This document shows positions 38,516-53,353 of a stretch of DNA of 64,000 nt, in pieces (within the stretch, counting starts at the first letter, position 1; every line of letters begins with the position of its first letter). The position numbers and the translations under genes are program-made. Location: the NCBI GenBank assembly GCA_964106645.2, contig OZ067046.1. One strand, written 5' to 3'. The notes below the pieces were generated by a model, which saw only the letters and a program-made list of their open reading frames with translations, searched no databases and was not told the DNA's origin. Source of the DNA: Podarcis pityusensis. Lineage: Eukaryota.

Positions 38516-41500
38516 TACTTATCCCACCTCAACCAGGAGGTGTCGTCCTAATGCAGACAGAAACAACGTGAGGAAACCAGACACTGTCATGTGTTGCACA
38601 TGACATACATGCATGTATGTTTCAGCACACATGCAAATTTTGTGCCATTTTGAAAAATAGAATTTTATTTTACAACTTAAAAGTATTGTTTTTATTTTGA
38701 ATTACATATGGCTAGGGCATTGTAATCTTTTCAGTGCTTAGATACTCTAAAGAACTGAATCACTGTTCTCATTCGCTTGGGAATTTTTAGCTTCGATGCA
38801 ATAGAAATGTTCAACAGAATTATAGCTATCTTTGCAATCAAGCTTGTTCCCCCACCAAGAAAAAAAAATCTGTAAATTAAATGAAAATTTGGAAATGTCA
38901 GCAATAAAATTTATTTCTGTAGAAAACCAGAATCTCATACTTTTTCTCCATCTCTCTTTACATTCCATAGAATTCTCAGTAGCTTTATTAAATATGAGAG
39001 ACTTAAATGTATCAGCTAGAAGTTTAGATATTTCAGGAATATAAATACACGGCCAGTCAGTCCCTTCTCTCTCCTCCGGGAAAAGCCCCCAAGAGCCGCA
39101 CACCCTTTAAAGAGTGCGTGGCTCTTGCGGGCTTTTCCTGCCTGCCTCCTGCCTGCATTCGCTCCATAAGATGCACACACATTTCCCCTTACTTTTTAGG
39201 AGGGAAAAAGTGCGACTTATGGAGTGAAAAATACGGTATATTGGGTGGAATTCAATGCTGTGCTCTTCCAATCATCCTGATGGAACAATCCCGCTCTTCT
39301 CACACTCCACTTTGGTGAGCTGTTCTGGAGGTTTCCCCGCCCCCCACCTTGAGTCAGTTTTGAGGGGGGCAGGAATGTGTGTGTGTATGTGTGTGGAGAG
39401 CAGGGAAAGCCCTATTGCGTGAGCTGAACTCCTTGTGCAGGGCTTCTGCTGTTGAGGCTGGTTAGCTGAATCTCACACATAACTTCTAATATGCCATATC
39501 CATGTGGATTTGTAGAAAATGGCTTTGGCAACACATCTTCCACCCTGTTTGACTTTGTGAGAGCCAGTTCACAAGCTGGTTTGGTGGAAGATATGTTTTA
39601 GAATAAACAATGAATTTGAGTAAGGTAGATGGAGTTGCCAGCAGCTTGGCCTAAGAGCTTCAATACAGCCAGACTTTCCTTCTAGGTGTTAAATGGAATA
39701 CGACTCTACTTTGAAAATACCAAGACTGCTAATTCTCTCTCCCCCCCCCCCCCCATTTCATCATCATAAAGCTTCTGTGACTTTTTATGGAGCATTTCCA
39801 TATTTTGCGTCTCATCCAGTGCTGCACGAGGGAAGTTCCACTCATGCAATGGGGTGCATGGGTGTAGCCAGGATATTTGTTAGTGGGGGCAGGACTTTGT
39901 TAGAGGGGACTGAACCGATGTGATTGGTCAGTTAGTTCAGTATTTCTGTTGTTTTACTTGATCTAGGGGGCGCAGTTGCCCCTTGGCTACACCCATGATG
40001 GAGTTTCCCTTCATTTCCTCTCCTTGAGTGCCCTCAAAATATTCTCCAGAGGGTCCTCCAGCCCCCTGGAGCAGATTTTAAGAGTGTGCAGGGGACTCCA
40101 GGAGAAAGTTCCGTTGCACAAGTGGAAGTGTGCTCTGCTAGCAGAACAGCAGAGTTTGGCATGGCCCATTTGGCTTTCTAGATGTTAACTGTGCTGGTTG
40201 CTGCTAGTTTAAATGTGCAGTAACAATCAAACAGCCAGCAGTGGCAGATCCAAACCACCACGATAAGAGGTATCTCTTCTGTGAGTTATTGCCTGGGTCT
40301 CTGGGAAAGCTGATACCTGGAAGTATCCCAAGTATCACTAGCAGTAGGCATGTCCCTGTTCTTCCTCTTAGGGCCTTTCAGCATGACCAGGATTATGTGT
40401 GTAATCACTGTATTTCAATTTCGCATTTGCGTGGTCCATGTAATTTCCCTCAAGGCTGTGTTCTGTTTAGGGTGCAGCGGGAGGCTGAGTGCAAGAGACA
40501 CAAGGCAAACAGTACAGGAAAAATACGGGGAAATGGAGACAAAGATCATGGGGAAATTGTGGAGGGGGGAACGGCACAAAAGAATATTAGAGACAGGAAG
40601 TACTGTGTGATTTGTGTAGAATGGTCATGGAGAAAGAAGGAAAAATTGTGAGCCCTTGAGATCACATGCTGAATTTCACATATTGACTGGAACAAACTAG
40701 CAAGATCTTTGCCTGCTGTGCTCTAGTTTGCTGCTCCTTTGAATCGTGTTGTCTGAATAACAACAACTCAAAGCAGCACCTATTGGTGTTTTCGGCTGAA
40801 TTTTCAGTAGGGATGGGAAACCTGTGGCCCTCTGGAGGTTGTTTGATTCCTGCTTCCATAAGCTCCAACCAGCATGGTCAATGGTCAGGCATGATGGGAA
40901 CCGTAGTCCAACAACACCTGGAAGGCCACAAGTTCCTGAGCTCTAATTTAAATGGAAAAGCTCTTATATTTTGAAATAAAATGTGACTCATGTTAAAACT
41001 AATTTTTGATTTAATATTTTTGTAAGTAATGCTAGATGCCTAATTATAGTAGTTGGTTCATTTAGTAGCAGAATATGCTTATTTAGTACCAGCAGTACTA
41101 AATATTTATTTAGTGCTTATTTAGTACATGTATATGCTTAATTGAATACTTTGGAAGAAACAACTTGTTACCCTATTTAATATTTTCTGGTAGTCAATAT
41201 GCCAGAGATTCTGTTATTCAATTGGCCAAAAGAAGGACTGCAGTGACTCCACTGAAGTTACTTTAAAATATGATGACTTGCCCATATTTTTCCTTGTTTT
41301 GTTTTCAAAGCAAAAATTTCTGCAAAATCCCTGCAAAATTCAGTATAAACACCTGTATGTTAACTCCACTAATCACTGACTAGTAACATGTAGAAAAGTA
41401 AACAGACAGATGAAGTAATTATAAATAATATGCACTGAACACGTATTGACTCCGTACTGTGTGCGCTTTCCAAATTAATATTCAGCTTTGCTAATATAAC

Positions 41501-44500
41501 CTTTTTCAGAACAGGAGATCTGTGAAAACCAAAAGCCCCCTTCTGTGTTACTTGCTCAAATGGGCAAAGGATGGAGAAAGGTAATATGGAACCAGGCTCT
41601 GGTTCATCCATTATTATGCATGGATCCCCTTGCCTCAAGACATGTAGGGTTCTCTGGATCCAGGACCCCTGATTGTATAGGTGTGTGCATTCATAAAGGT
41701 TTCCCTGCCTCAGACATCCATGGTAATATCAGTGTGGATGGCAGAGGAGAAGCCATGTACAATCAGAACCAAAAGCATAGTTCCACAGTCTCTTTCTACA
41801 CACTTTTCTACACACTTCAGGTGAGTAGCACCAGGGGCAGGGGCATGCCTTATTCTTTGGTTACTATTTTTTCACTAGCTGCATTGTTTCCCCTTTTCCT
41901 ACCACATCTTTGAAGTGGTTAAACTTAAAGAAACCAGATCCTCTAGATATTTATCCAGGGGAAACCTAATTGCACATACTAATTCATTTACAAATTTAGA
42001 GCCTCATGTGTGCAGTGTTGTGTGCATGGAGCTCCTGTATGTGCAGGCTTCCCCATTAACTTACACAAATGGCAACTATGCACATGTATCTTCTGTACAT
42101 AGGAGATTGCCCCTTTGGTGAGATAGTTTGAGAAGACTGAACTCCTAGTATGCATTGGAACCTTCATGTGTGATTCACCTATATTCACCACCTTTATGAT
42201 AAGAGTTTAAAATCCCATCATCATGCAACTGTCAGTCTGAATATATAGCAGTACATATTTGTACTATTTTGTTCTTAATTTCCATATGTGAAAAAGAATG
42301 TGGTTGATGCATTATCAACGTGGCTGGTCTTCCGATGACGACAAATCATATGAGTGCCGTACCATGTGGTATGCTGCTTGTGTGTAGCAGTATCAAATGT
42401 GGGTCAGGCCAGTATTAACCACATCAGTGCAATCCTTCATTTCCAGTCTCTTTGCGTGTGCTGCGTCAGCATATTTAAAATTAGCCTGCATCACATGGGG
42501 CCACTTCACACAAACAACATGCCATACAATATGGCAGCCATACAATTCTTGTCTTGGTGGGAACCACACTGCACTAGTACAGGAAATGTGGGCCTAAGTT
42601 TGAAAGCTTGCAACATTTAAAACAATTATTTGGTCCAACAATAGATGAATTAACTCAAGACTGACCAGATTTTGACTCCAAAATTGTATTTCGTCTGGAA
42701 ATATGCACTGAAGATCCCCTTCATCCTTTGCCACGCTGTTAATCTTTCAGCATAGAAATAAATTTACAGTGACACTCTCAATACTTACACTAGTCATGGT
42801 GAAATCCACTTTTTTATTTTGGCCATTACTGATGTCTCAACATGTATCATTCTGTGATGGCAGAGATGTCTCGAGACTTAGCAGCAATAGTGATAGAGGT
42901 AACAAAGTAAGGTAGGCTCTAAGTCTGATAAGTGATAAGAGATCTGCCTTAAAAGAAGTTACTCCTGTGACAGCCTACTCAGTCTCATGCCCTCTAGATG
43001 TTTTGGATTACAGTTCCCTTTATCACTGACCATCGACCATGCTGGCTAGTAATAGATGGGAGCTGCAGTCTGACAATATCTGAAGGGCATCAGGTTGGGG
43101 AAGGCTGCCCTGTAAAATGCAGAACAGCCATGAGCTAAGACCAGAAGCAGGTAAGAGGAAAACAGTCCAAATAATGGTCCAGTTAAGCAAATTGTATAAA
43201 ATTAGAATATTGCCACCTTCATTTTTCATTGTAGTTCCAATGTTGGACCTATAGCATTTTTACAAGTGTTGCTAAGAACACCCTTCCTCCCTACAACTAC
43301 CCGATTTGAATGTTGTGATAGAAGCTAGAAAGTGGGCCATTTTAATATAAAGGTGACTCAACATTGCCTATTTGTTTCATTTGATCTATGGGCAAGCAAT
43401 GCAAAAACCCATTTGTTTCTAAATGCCTGCTGCCCTCCCCACAGTGCCCTGTACTAATGTGCTGGACTGACACTAGGTCAGGGGCATTGTGGGTGATGCA
43501 AAATGGTGGCTAGACTGGCAAGACAGCTGGTGCCGTGGTTGCTTGCAGTGGTAGCAACAAAGAAGAAAATAAGCTGTGCTACTGGTTTTGCTAATGGGGA
43601 GACCCATCCCCAAGAAACTTTTGGAGAAGTTCTTCTTGCCTCTTGAAAAATACAGTGAAATAGCCCCCCCTGTCCCAATTTTCCTGCCCACAAATAGGAT
43701 GGAGAATTTTGAGAGACCATTTGCACACAGTCAACGACAACTGTGGCATTAAATCAGTACTAGGGCATGGACTCCCTGACTAGGCTTCTGATTCTATTAC
43801 ATTCCAAGAATGGCTCAACTGAAGTGGTACCTATGAGCTCCAGAGGTCCTATTGAGCTCAGAGACATTACTGTTTAAGCTAGGAGTAGACAACATGGTGG
43901 CCTCCAGATGTTGTGGATTACAACTCCCATCATCTCTGAACATTGGGCACCATGCTATCTCCCCTTGGTTTGTATGATGCCTGAATACTAATTTCTAACA
44001 TTACATTCCCTTATTTGATAGGGTCTGTCCTTCATTTTATTCAAATTTGGTATTTTGTGATTTTCTTCAGCGTCACTGCTGAGTCTGTGACATTACAGAA
44101 TGATACATTATCTCAGCTGATGTCAGAATGAAAACAAGGGGAAAGACTTAGGGGTGATATTTGCCCAAACTCCACCCCATGACCCACACTCCACCCTCTC
44201 AAGACATCAAAATGAGACACCACTCACAGGATGGTTTGTGCATAGCTCCATAAAATGATTGCTCCTCTTCTTTCACGTGTGCCTTGATCAACAGTGAAAT
44301 ATTCAACAATGCAGACATTTAAATTATCACCAGGCTTCAGAGTTTACATCCCATTGAGATTAATGGGGACAGGTCACACTTCTCTCAGAGCTATTGTTTA
44401 AGGCTGTCTGCAGACACAAGCAGACATGACTGCGTGGGTTATTTTGGTTCACAGCTGGAAAGTTATATTCACAACCATAAGGCAAATTTTCAGTACATTT

Positions 44501-45979
44501 TTTTTTTTAAAAAAGAAGAAGCTTGCATTCTGGAGCACAAGACAGCAGCCCAATATGACTTCCAATTTTGGGTTCTGCTGCCCTTCTCATTGCCCTTCAG
44601 CCAATGGACTGAATGGATGATAAAATGATTGTTAACATTGGTTCATAACTGTTGCAGCACTGAATGAACCCTGTACCTTGGATAGAGGGGATATTCAGCA
44701 CAAATTTCCACGTGAAGTTCTAATTTACATAAAACTTCACTGTATAATGTGAACTCTTTTAAGACTCAAGTTGCAAGCCAGCAAATCATGATATAAAGGA
44801 CCAAGGGACCACTTTACAGCAAGTGTTTACTTGCCACCACACCCAAGCTGAAATGTTGCAACATCTGAAATACCTAAATGGTCCTCCCCTTTTTATTCAG
44901 AAGTAAGTCACAAGGATAATGTTCAAGTTCTTTCTAAATAGTAGACTGATTAATCAGACCCTATGCTTGCTGGTGCTGCTACAGTCTCCATTTTTCTGTA
45001 CGCTTACTTAAAAGTAAAGACACACATGTGCCTTGATAAATGGCAAGCCTCCTTAAAAAGAATGATTTGAAAGTGGAGAGACACTACACCCAAACAGGCT
45101 AGGAAATAGACTTAAACATTTCAGTGCTGGTTAATCAAGCTCTAGTTTACATTTGATTCTTAGATGATGGTGAGTTTTATAGATGCACACCATTCTTTTG
45201 AGTGAGATGCACAGATGGACCTTTGCAAAGCAAATGAATGCCTATTAGGGCCATTCCACACATTATGCAGAAACAAACTTGGGTTTGCCACACCTAGTGC
45301 GCTCAATAAGGAGCAGCAGCCAATACACTTCACTGATTAGTGTACCTGGATGATACATGTGCCTGCCAACACATGTTCATTGCATTTGCATGTTACATTT
45401 TTAGATGTACACTTAAAACAGTTCAGGTGTACATCCGAATATGGAATATGTAATTGTGAAGTGGCCCTTAGACGGTGTTAAGAATATGAAAGCAAATGAG
45501 ATTTTTTTTTTCTTGCAATGATTAAAATCACCAAGGGCTGGTAACAAGAACCAATTTTGAACCCAGTGGCTTGGATACAATGAAACCACCATATGGCCAA
45601 GGTGGCCTTGAGGCTGGTGTTTCCCAATAGCAGCCTCTCCTTCCAAATTGAAAACTTCTTTTGAAACTGAAGGGGTTTCAGAAGCCATTTGAGATGTGAT
45701 ATTGAGGTCTGCTATCCAAAGGGGTAGAAGTAGAACAAACCCCACTGGGCATATCCAAGCACACATAAAATAGCCTTTGGCTCTCTTCCCCCATTACAAA
45801 AAATGAAAAACAAAAACAGTTCTTTTAGATCAGTAGTGAGGAACTTCTGGCCCGCAGGCAATTTCCCCCCACATGTTGGTGATTAAGAGGGATATACTAC
45901 TAGAAGGCTATAGTAAAACATTTCAGAATACACATTTTCCTTCTCACCTCTAGTGCTATGATGAAATGGAAGGTTCTCA

Positions 45980-46408
<429 letters not shown>

Positions 46409-46455
46409 TCATATGACTTGAAGCAGTCTCACTAACAAGTGCTGCTGACAAATTA

Positions 46456-46687
46456 AAGTAGCACCTCGGTTTACGTTACCCTCAGGTAACATAAACTTCG
46501 GGTTGTGAAAGTGGCACCCCTGGAAGTGTTTTGCCGTGTGCGCATGCGCAGAAGCACTCTACTGCACTGTGCACATGTACAGAAGTGGTCCTTCACCATG
46601 TGCAGTAGCGGTCCCTCCAGTTGCGGAAACCTCGGGATCCGACTGGAGCTCTGGAACGGATCCTGTCTGCAACTGGAGGTACCACTG
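46456..46687. mobile_element. Tc1/mariner (Tigger-like) MITE
   Basis: Decayed left TIR, right TIR GAGGTACCACTG, TA flanks. Confidence 0.7.
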
Positions 46688-47121
46688 TATTAGAGGGCTG
46701 CATCTATGGCTGTCCCATGACATCTGTCTAGAATGTAAGACAAGCCTGCTGGGTCACACCAATGGTCCATCTAGTCCACAGTCCATTGGAAGCCTGCAAG
46801 TCAGACATGAGCACAGCAGCACTCCATGCCACCTCCTGTGGTTCCCAGCAAGTGGTATTCATTTTATTCATTTTCATTCATTATATTTCAGTGCTTCTTT
46901 TCAGTCACACGAGTCACAAAGTGGCTTAAAAACAATAAGCAAAAAAACAGAACACCATGATTGCAACGTAGACCATATAAAATAATTAACAAATCCTCAG
47001 TAAAACAACCACCTTCTGTAAAACACTATTAACAAAACAACTTTTAAAAAAGGATATACAGCACAACCACAAGAAAAGTCATCTTATAAAACTCACAAAG
47101 CATGACAGCACTCATAATCCA

Positions 47122-47147
47122 TATATATATATATATATATATATATA
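47122..47147. repeat. (TA)n microsatellite
   Basis: Direct observation. Confidence 0.9.
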
Positions 47148-49929
47148 GGCAACATTAACAAAATATCAAAAACAAACCAGGCACATGTTATCTCTCCCCA
47201 CCCGCGTCACTCATTGTCTTCCACTCAGTTCACCAAAAGGCACATACACATGATACCTCTGACAGTGGAGGTAGACTATAGCCATCACAACCAGTTTCAG
47301 ATGGCCAGGCTGATGCTAAAAACGTGCAACTGCCATGTAGAAAGCAGTTGTGTGCTTTCGTAATCCAGTCCTGAATATATTATGAGATGTAAGCTCCATC
47401 TGAATCCATGGAAATGACTTTCATATGACGGCCACAATCCACTGTACTATAATATGCATGAACCCCATAGAAGTTGCTGACACTTAAGCATAACTAACTC
47501 TCAGCTGGCTGCAAGAAAATGTGTTTAGGATCAGGTTTTAAGTCACTTTAATGATGCAGCAGGAAATGTGAGTGTGAAGTGTGTTGTAGGCAGCCCCCAA
47601 AGCACAAATGGTTTGATATGGAAGAACACTGTTTCAACACTATTTCAGAGCGTATCCTTAGCTTGACTAAGCAAGAGTGCATGGGGGACAACTGCCTTGA
47701 GCTGACCCTCAACCACTCATTCAGCTGAGCTAGTCTTACAGGTTGCTAGGCATCCCACATGGCTAATGGGGATGGAGGCTTGCTCACTCCAGTGGCATCA
47801 GGAGTTTATGGGAAGGAAGACTTTCCCTGCTCTGACTCCCATTTTCCCAGCTACAACGAAACACCTGGAATACAGTCAATTGCAGTCTCAATGTGCTCAA
47901 ACTAGGCCATGCTTTAAAAAGCACTTTTATTGATTTTAAGCACCTGCTTAAATTTCTCCCATTGAAATCAATTGGGCTTAAATGCAATTTAAATTTAGTT
48001 CAATATACAGTTTCTGTTCTAGCCACTTGCTCCTATGTTCTAAAGAACAACCAACTAAGGATTTTTTTCACGTGTAATCTTTATTTGTCCAAATTGTCTT
48101 GTTAAGAAAAAAAATCACATGCTCTCTATCATATTAATGGTGGCATGAAAGTCTCTTCTTTTTGGCCTTGAATATGTGCGTTTTGTCTTAGACCAATGCA
48201 TTGCTCCTTTCTCTTTTTATACATTCGGTTACAGAATAATTGCTCCATTCTCATTACTAAAAAGCTGTTCCATTTGCCTGTATAATTCCTGATGACACAA
48301 GACATATTTTCTGTAGGAGAGACTTTTATGTGTATGATACTTGAACATTAAGTTGCTCTTTGAAACAGAATTATGTCTAATTGTATGCCCACTAATGGAT
48401 GTTAATGGATGGGAAAGATCTCTTTCCAGATATCAAAAATATGCACAATTCAGAGATAAAGATTTCATAACTAAGCAGAGGAGTTGTAGATATGGAAAGA
48501 GGCGATTATAACCTTCGTTTAGGGAAATGATGTATCAATGGAAATTACAGTAGAATAAAGGTAATGAGTCTGTCTATCTGTTCTGTGATACCAAAAGTAA
48601 TATCTGATTTGCCCTTCACAAAATCAGTGGATGTTCTGGCAATTTATTTTAGTCATTTAATAAGAGGAACTAATTTGTGCTGAGGTTTGTGAGCTTAAGA
48701 GAAATCTACCACCAGACCTTTCTGCTGTACAAACTCTACTAATTTTCAGTGGGGTTTGTTTGAGAGAATAATGGAGGATGCTTTGGAGGATAATATTAGT
48801 CACTGAGAACAGTGTTTTAAAGAGAGACCTAAGGCAATGTCAACCTTAATTTGATAGCTAAGAACATACTTTTTTTGCAATGTGCAAATGTCCCACAAGA
48901 TGGCAGCCTCTACATAAAAACAATGTTCACTGAGTAAGTACATGCTTCTCAGCTAAGCAGCAAACCTGTGCATCATCACTTGAACATGCTAACACTTGTT
49001 TTTTTCTGAGGTTCCCCCAGACTTTGGAACTGTAAACCCTTCTCCCTGCCCCAGTAAAAAACAACAACACAAAACTAGCTGCTCAGACTTTCCAAGCTTT
49101 AGTCCAGGGATAAGGAAACCAAAGGAACAAGGAACAGGGCAGAGATACACTGTGGGGGGGATGGAGAGTTGTCCAATCAGCCCAAAAGCTGGGGACATCA
49201 ACAGCATACATCAAATAATGGGACATGGATGTTTCAGGGCTGGATCAGTGCTCTGAATATTCACTGCCACAGTTAAGATGCAGTCACAGAGATGGGGAAG
49301 TGGTACCCAAGTGATCCCCATTGCAACTGGATCTGTTCAGTCAAGACATCATGAACATTCTTGACATAAAGAATGGGGTATGGGATACAAAATACTTCAT
49401 GGCTTGCTCTGTTGATGCTTCAGAACCTTGTGCTTCATTCCTATGTGATCTACTTCATCAGCACTTACTCCTGAGATGGAAGACTTGGAGAGAGTCTGGA
49501 AAAGCAATCAAACCTCCTCCCTGTTCCTGGCTATGGGGTGTATGTGTGTGTGCATATATATATATGTGTGTGTGTGTGGATTGAACAGGCCTCCCATCAC
49601 CCATCACCAATCTCCCCCTTGTGTCTGCCAAATGTCTGGTGGATGAGAAGCTTGGAGGTATCCCTGCTAGCAGAAAGCCCCCAAATGGGGTTTTCCGAGG
49701 ACAGGGAGTGGGGGGGGGAGGGGAGTTATGAGCTGGCCAGAGATTTGCTGGATCCTGAGCTGCTCTTGCTGCCTTAACCTAATGGCAACCTGGAGCTGAT
49801 GCAGGGGCTGTGCAAAGTTGCCCTGTCCCCTTCTACTGCTTCTGCCCCACCAAGGGGTTTAGGGATTTGGATTGCATCCTAAAGCTGTAATACTATGTAC
49901 ACTTTCCCAGGAGTAAGTTCTATTGAACA

Positions 49930-50154
49930 CACTGGCGGAGGAAGAGGACTGCGGGGGGAGCGCACTGCCCCCGGCAGTGCTATCCCAGTGGGGTGCCATT
50001 GCGGCTGTCCCCCCACCTGCGCTGGGCACCATGCCCCCACAGGCGGTGTGCCACGCCCACAGGATGCACGTCATGCCCCTGCGGGCGGCGCACCCACGTC
50101 CCCGGGACGCACGCCAACCCAGCCCCGGTGCTGGAGCATGAAGCTCCACCACTG
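49930..50154. mobile_element. hAT-like MITE
   Basis: Imperfect TIRs CACTGGCGGAG / CTCCACCACTG; perfect 8-bp TSD ATTGAACA; GC-rich interior. Confidence 0.85.
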
Positions 50155-53034
50155 ATTGAACACAGTGAGATTTCCTTCTGAGCAGATACCCATTATAATT
50201 CTCCTGTACCATAGAACAGAGGTGGAGAACCTGTGGTCCTCCAAATGTACTTAGACTCTAACTCCTATCAGCCCCAGTCAGCAGAGGTAATGATAAAGGA
50301 GGATAGGAACTGTCATCATAGAAAGCCACTGAGCAGAGGCACACCCTGTATGTTATTTACTCCAACAAGATCTCTATAAGAGTCACATCACGCTGAATTC
50401 TAGCATGTGTGTGCCAGGGGAATGCAACAAACAGGGACATCAAGCCCACACAAATTCCATCACATAACCTAAGGCTTAAGCGCATGCACAAATACACAAT
50501 TATGATGTTGTTTTCAGTTCATCAATTTTTTTGTGGTGGGCAGTTTGCATGGGCTGGATGTATTCAGCCTAATGTATATATACTGTGATTGGTTTGTATA
50601 AAATGTTATGTGTGCTTGGGGTGTATGGGCATACAATGTGAATCTATTCTAAGGAGAGATACCCCAGATTAAATACATGGTTGCTGGCCGGTATGGTGTA
50701 TGACTTTTGGCCCTGGGAAATGGATATCATAGTGGTACAACTGTTGGGCCTTAGCAAGGGTTGGTCTGATCCAAAAATTAGAGGGAGTGGGGAAGGAAAG
50801 ATATGTGTGAGTCCCTTTGGACCAGAATCAGGAGCATAGTCCAACACATGTTGTGTTCCAAGGTGGAATCTACACAAATATAAAAAAACCCGCTGTAAAA
50901 ATGCTTTTTCAAAAAAAGTTTTGAAAAATACATTGAATTTGGCATAGCTCACTGTCACCATCTAGTGTCACATTGTATATTGCACTTTACAATACATTTA
51001 AATTGTTTTATTTACAGCTGTATAGCCGAGTCCCAAGAGGCTAGGACGGAAAACAGTTGCTCTATGACAATGCCAGCACAGCAAGCTTGCCTTGTATAGG
51101 TTTATACCATGTCTAAGGCATGTGCATTTATTTGGGCACAGTGTGCCAATTAGTGGTTGTTGATATTCAGACAAGAAGTGACATTATGAGGAATGCAAGT
51201 GCTATTCCAGCAAACAGCACCCCTGTGAATATACACTAGCATTTCTTTTTCTAGTAATCCAGGTCATACATTACTGAGATTCAGAGAGGCTTAATGCCAC
51301 ATTTTTAGAGGGACCACAAGCTCTTTTCACAGATGGCTTGAGGTGGCTTGAAGTTCCTTGTACCAGGGCATGTTAGCTGAAAGACATTATTTCAGCTGCT
51401 TGCTTTTCCTCATTGAAAACCAATGATGAGAGGAAGTGCAAGAAGTCAAGCTTCTGTAAAATGACATGGGAATAATTTGACGCCACATGGAGAGGGCTTC
51501 CCATTAACAAAGCATGAATTAGTTGCTGCATCACTGGGGGGGGGGGGGGAATGGTTGTGTTAGTAATTTGGCCTTGAGCTGTAACCCAGTAGCGTTGCAT
51601 TCATGCAATTTCTGCCCCTAATGACAATTGACAGTACTGGGTCTTAAGTAGAACGGAATATAGGTTTACATGACCATTATACCTGTAAGCATGTTGTTTA
51701 CAGTGGGTTGGAACTAATGTTAGTTGAACGTGGTTCCCAAATGAAATCAATCAGGAAAGTAATGAACTAATTTTCCCTATTGTTTTCAATGAAACCTAAG
51801 CACAGGTAGTCTGGATCCACCCAAATATGGGATGCTCATTTAAATATGCATATTCTCTGAATTGGAACATATGAGAAGCCATATTCTGGGTTGGAGAGGT
51901 AGTGAATTCAATTCCTTGGCTTTTGTTTCTTTGCCTCACTCTGTTACACTTTCAAATGTAATGTTATTTGCTTACTTTCACCAGCCATGGTCCTAGGCAT
52001 GGTCAATAGATCACCAGTTCTACTTGATTTTCAGTTCTTGGTGATTAATATAGGTATTGCTTGTTACTTAAAGCTACCTGGGCTGAACGCCATACATTGC
52101 ACTGGGAAGGTCATATAGGGTCATGTTTCACTCCCCAAACATTTGAACCTTAATGGTTCACATTTTAGTCCAAGATGAGTGCTTAAGAAGCTCTCTTTTA
52201 AAAATTTAAAATATGAAGCCATAGGATATTTTTATTTTTGTATTAAAAAACTCCCTTCTTTTGCACTGTGTGCTTCTAATGGCTCTCGGTCATCTGGGTG
52301 TAAAGCTGGAATAATAATTCTTCCTTACACTACAAGGCTATAGCAGTTCCCAATAAATTATCATAAGTCATTCAGTTATCAGAGTGACATCTGTACTGAC
52401 AGAATATGAGAAATGACTTTTCTAAGCAATTAGAGTGCTGATGACAACCATATCATTTTTTCAGCGAAATTGTTTTGGTAGTTTTTGTTTATACAATTCT
52501 CCACCCACCCCAATTCATTACCCAACTTCTCAAGAGTCATGGCAAATGTCTGTACACCCTTCTAATGTATACAGAACCGCCTGGAAGATAGGCACTTGCC
52601 TGTTCTGGATAGGGTTGCACTTTATACAAAGGAGCTGGGGCACTTCAGGATACATATTTGCTACTAGAGGCTGAAGCGACCTCTGTGGTTTGGAATGCCC
52701 TTCATCAGCTTCGTCTGGTACACCAGCTATAGCCATATCTGGATTGAGACAATCTGGCCATTGTAATCCATGCATTGGTAACACTGAGACTGGATTACTA
52801 CAATTCACTTTTTGTGAGGCTGCCTGTGGGGCTGCTCTGGAAGCCCTGGCTAGTGCCAAATGCAGTGTCTAGGCTGTGGATGGGGGCAGATAGCGTTGAA
52901 ACACCTTTGCTAACTGTGACATCTGCACTGGCTGTAACATATGCTGCGGAATAAGTTCAAGGCTCTTGTATAAAAGCCTGAACAACTTGGGTATAGGATT
53001 CTTTAAGGACCGCCTGAGCCCCTGGATATTTAGT

Positions 53035-53353
53035 CAAAGGCGACTATGGGATGCGCCGCCCATCTCGCTTTTCAGGCTGAGACAGCCAGAGTTTGTCCAC
53101 AGACAGCTTTCTGGGCCATGTGGCCAGCATGGCTAAACCGCTTCTGGTGCAACGGAACGAGTGCCAGAGGGCATGGAAACACCGTTTACCTCCCTGCTGC
53201 AGCAGTACCTATTTACTAGTGTGCTTTCAAATTGCTAGGTTGGCAGAAGCTGGGACAGAGCAATGGGAGCTGTCACGCGGATTCGAACCGCCAACCTTCC
53301 GATTGGCAAGCCCAAGAGGCTCAGTGGTTTAGACCACAGCGCCACCCGCATCC
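53035..53353 (-). mobile_element. Sauria SINE, older diverged copy
   Basis: Similar to the other copies in reverse orientation. Confidence 0.8.

Noticed and set aside
42300-42560. CpG-retaining intronic stretch as a possible alternative GRID2 exon
   Set aside because: No convincing splice sites or GluD-like translation.
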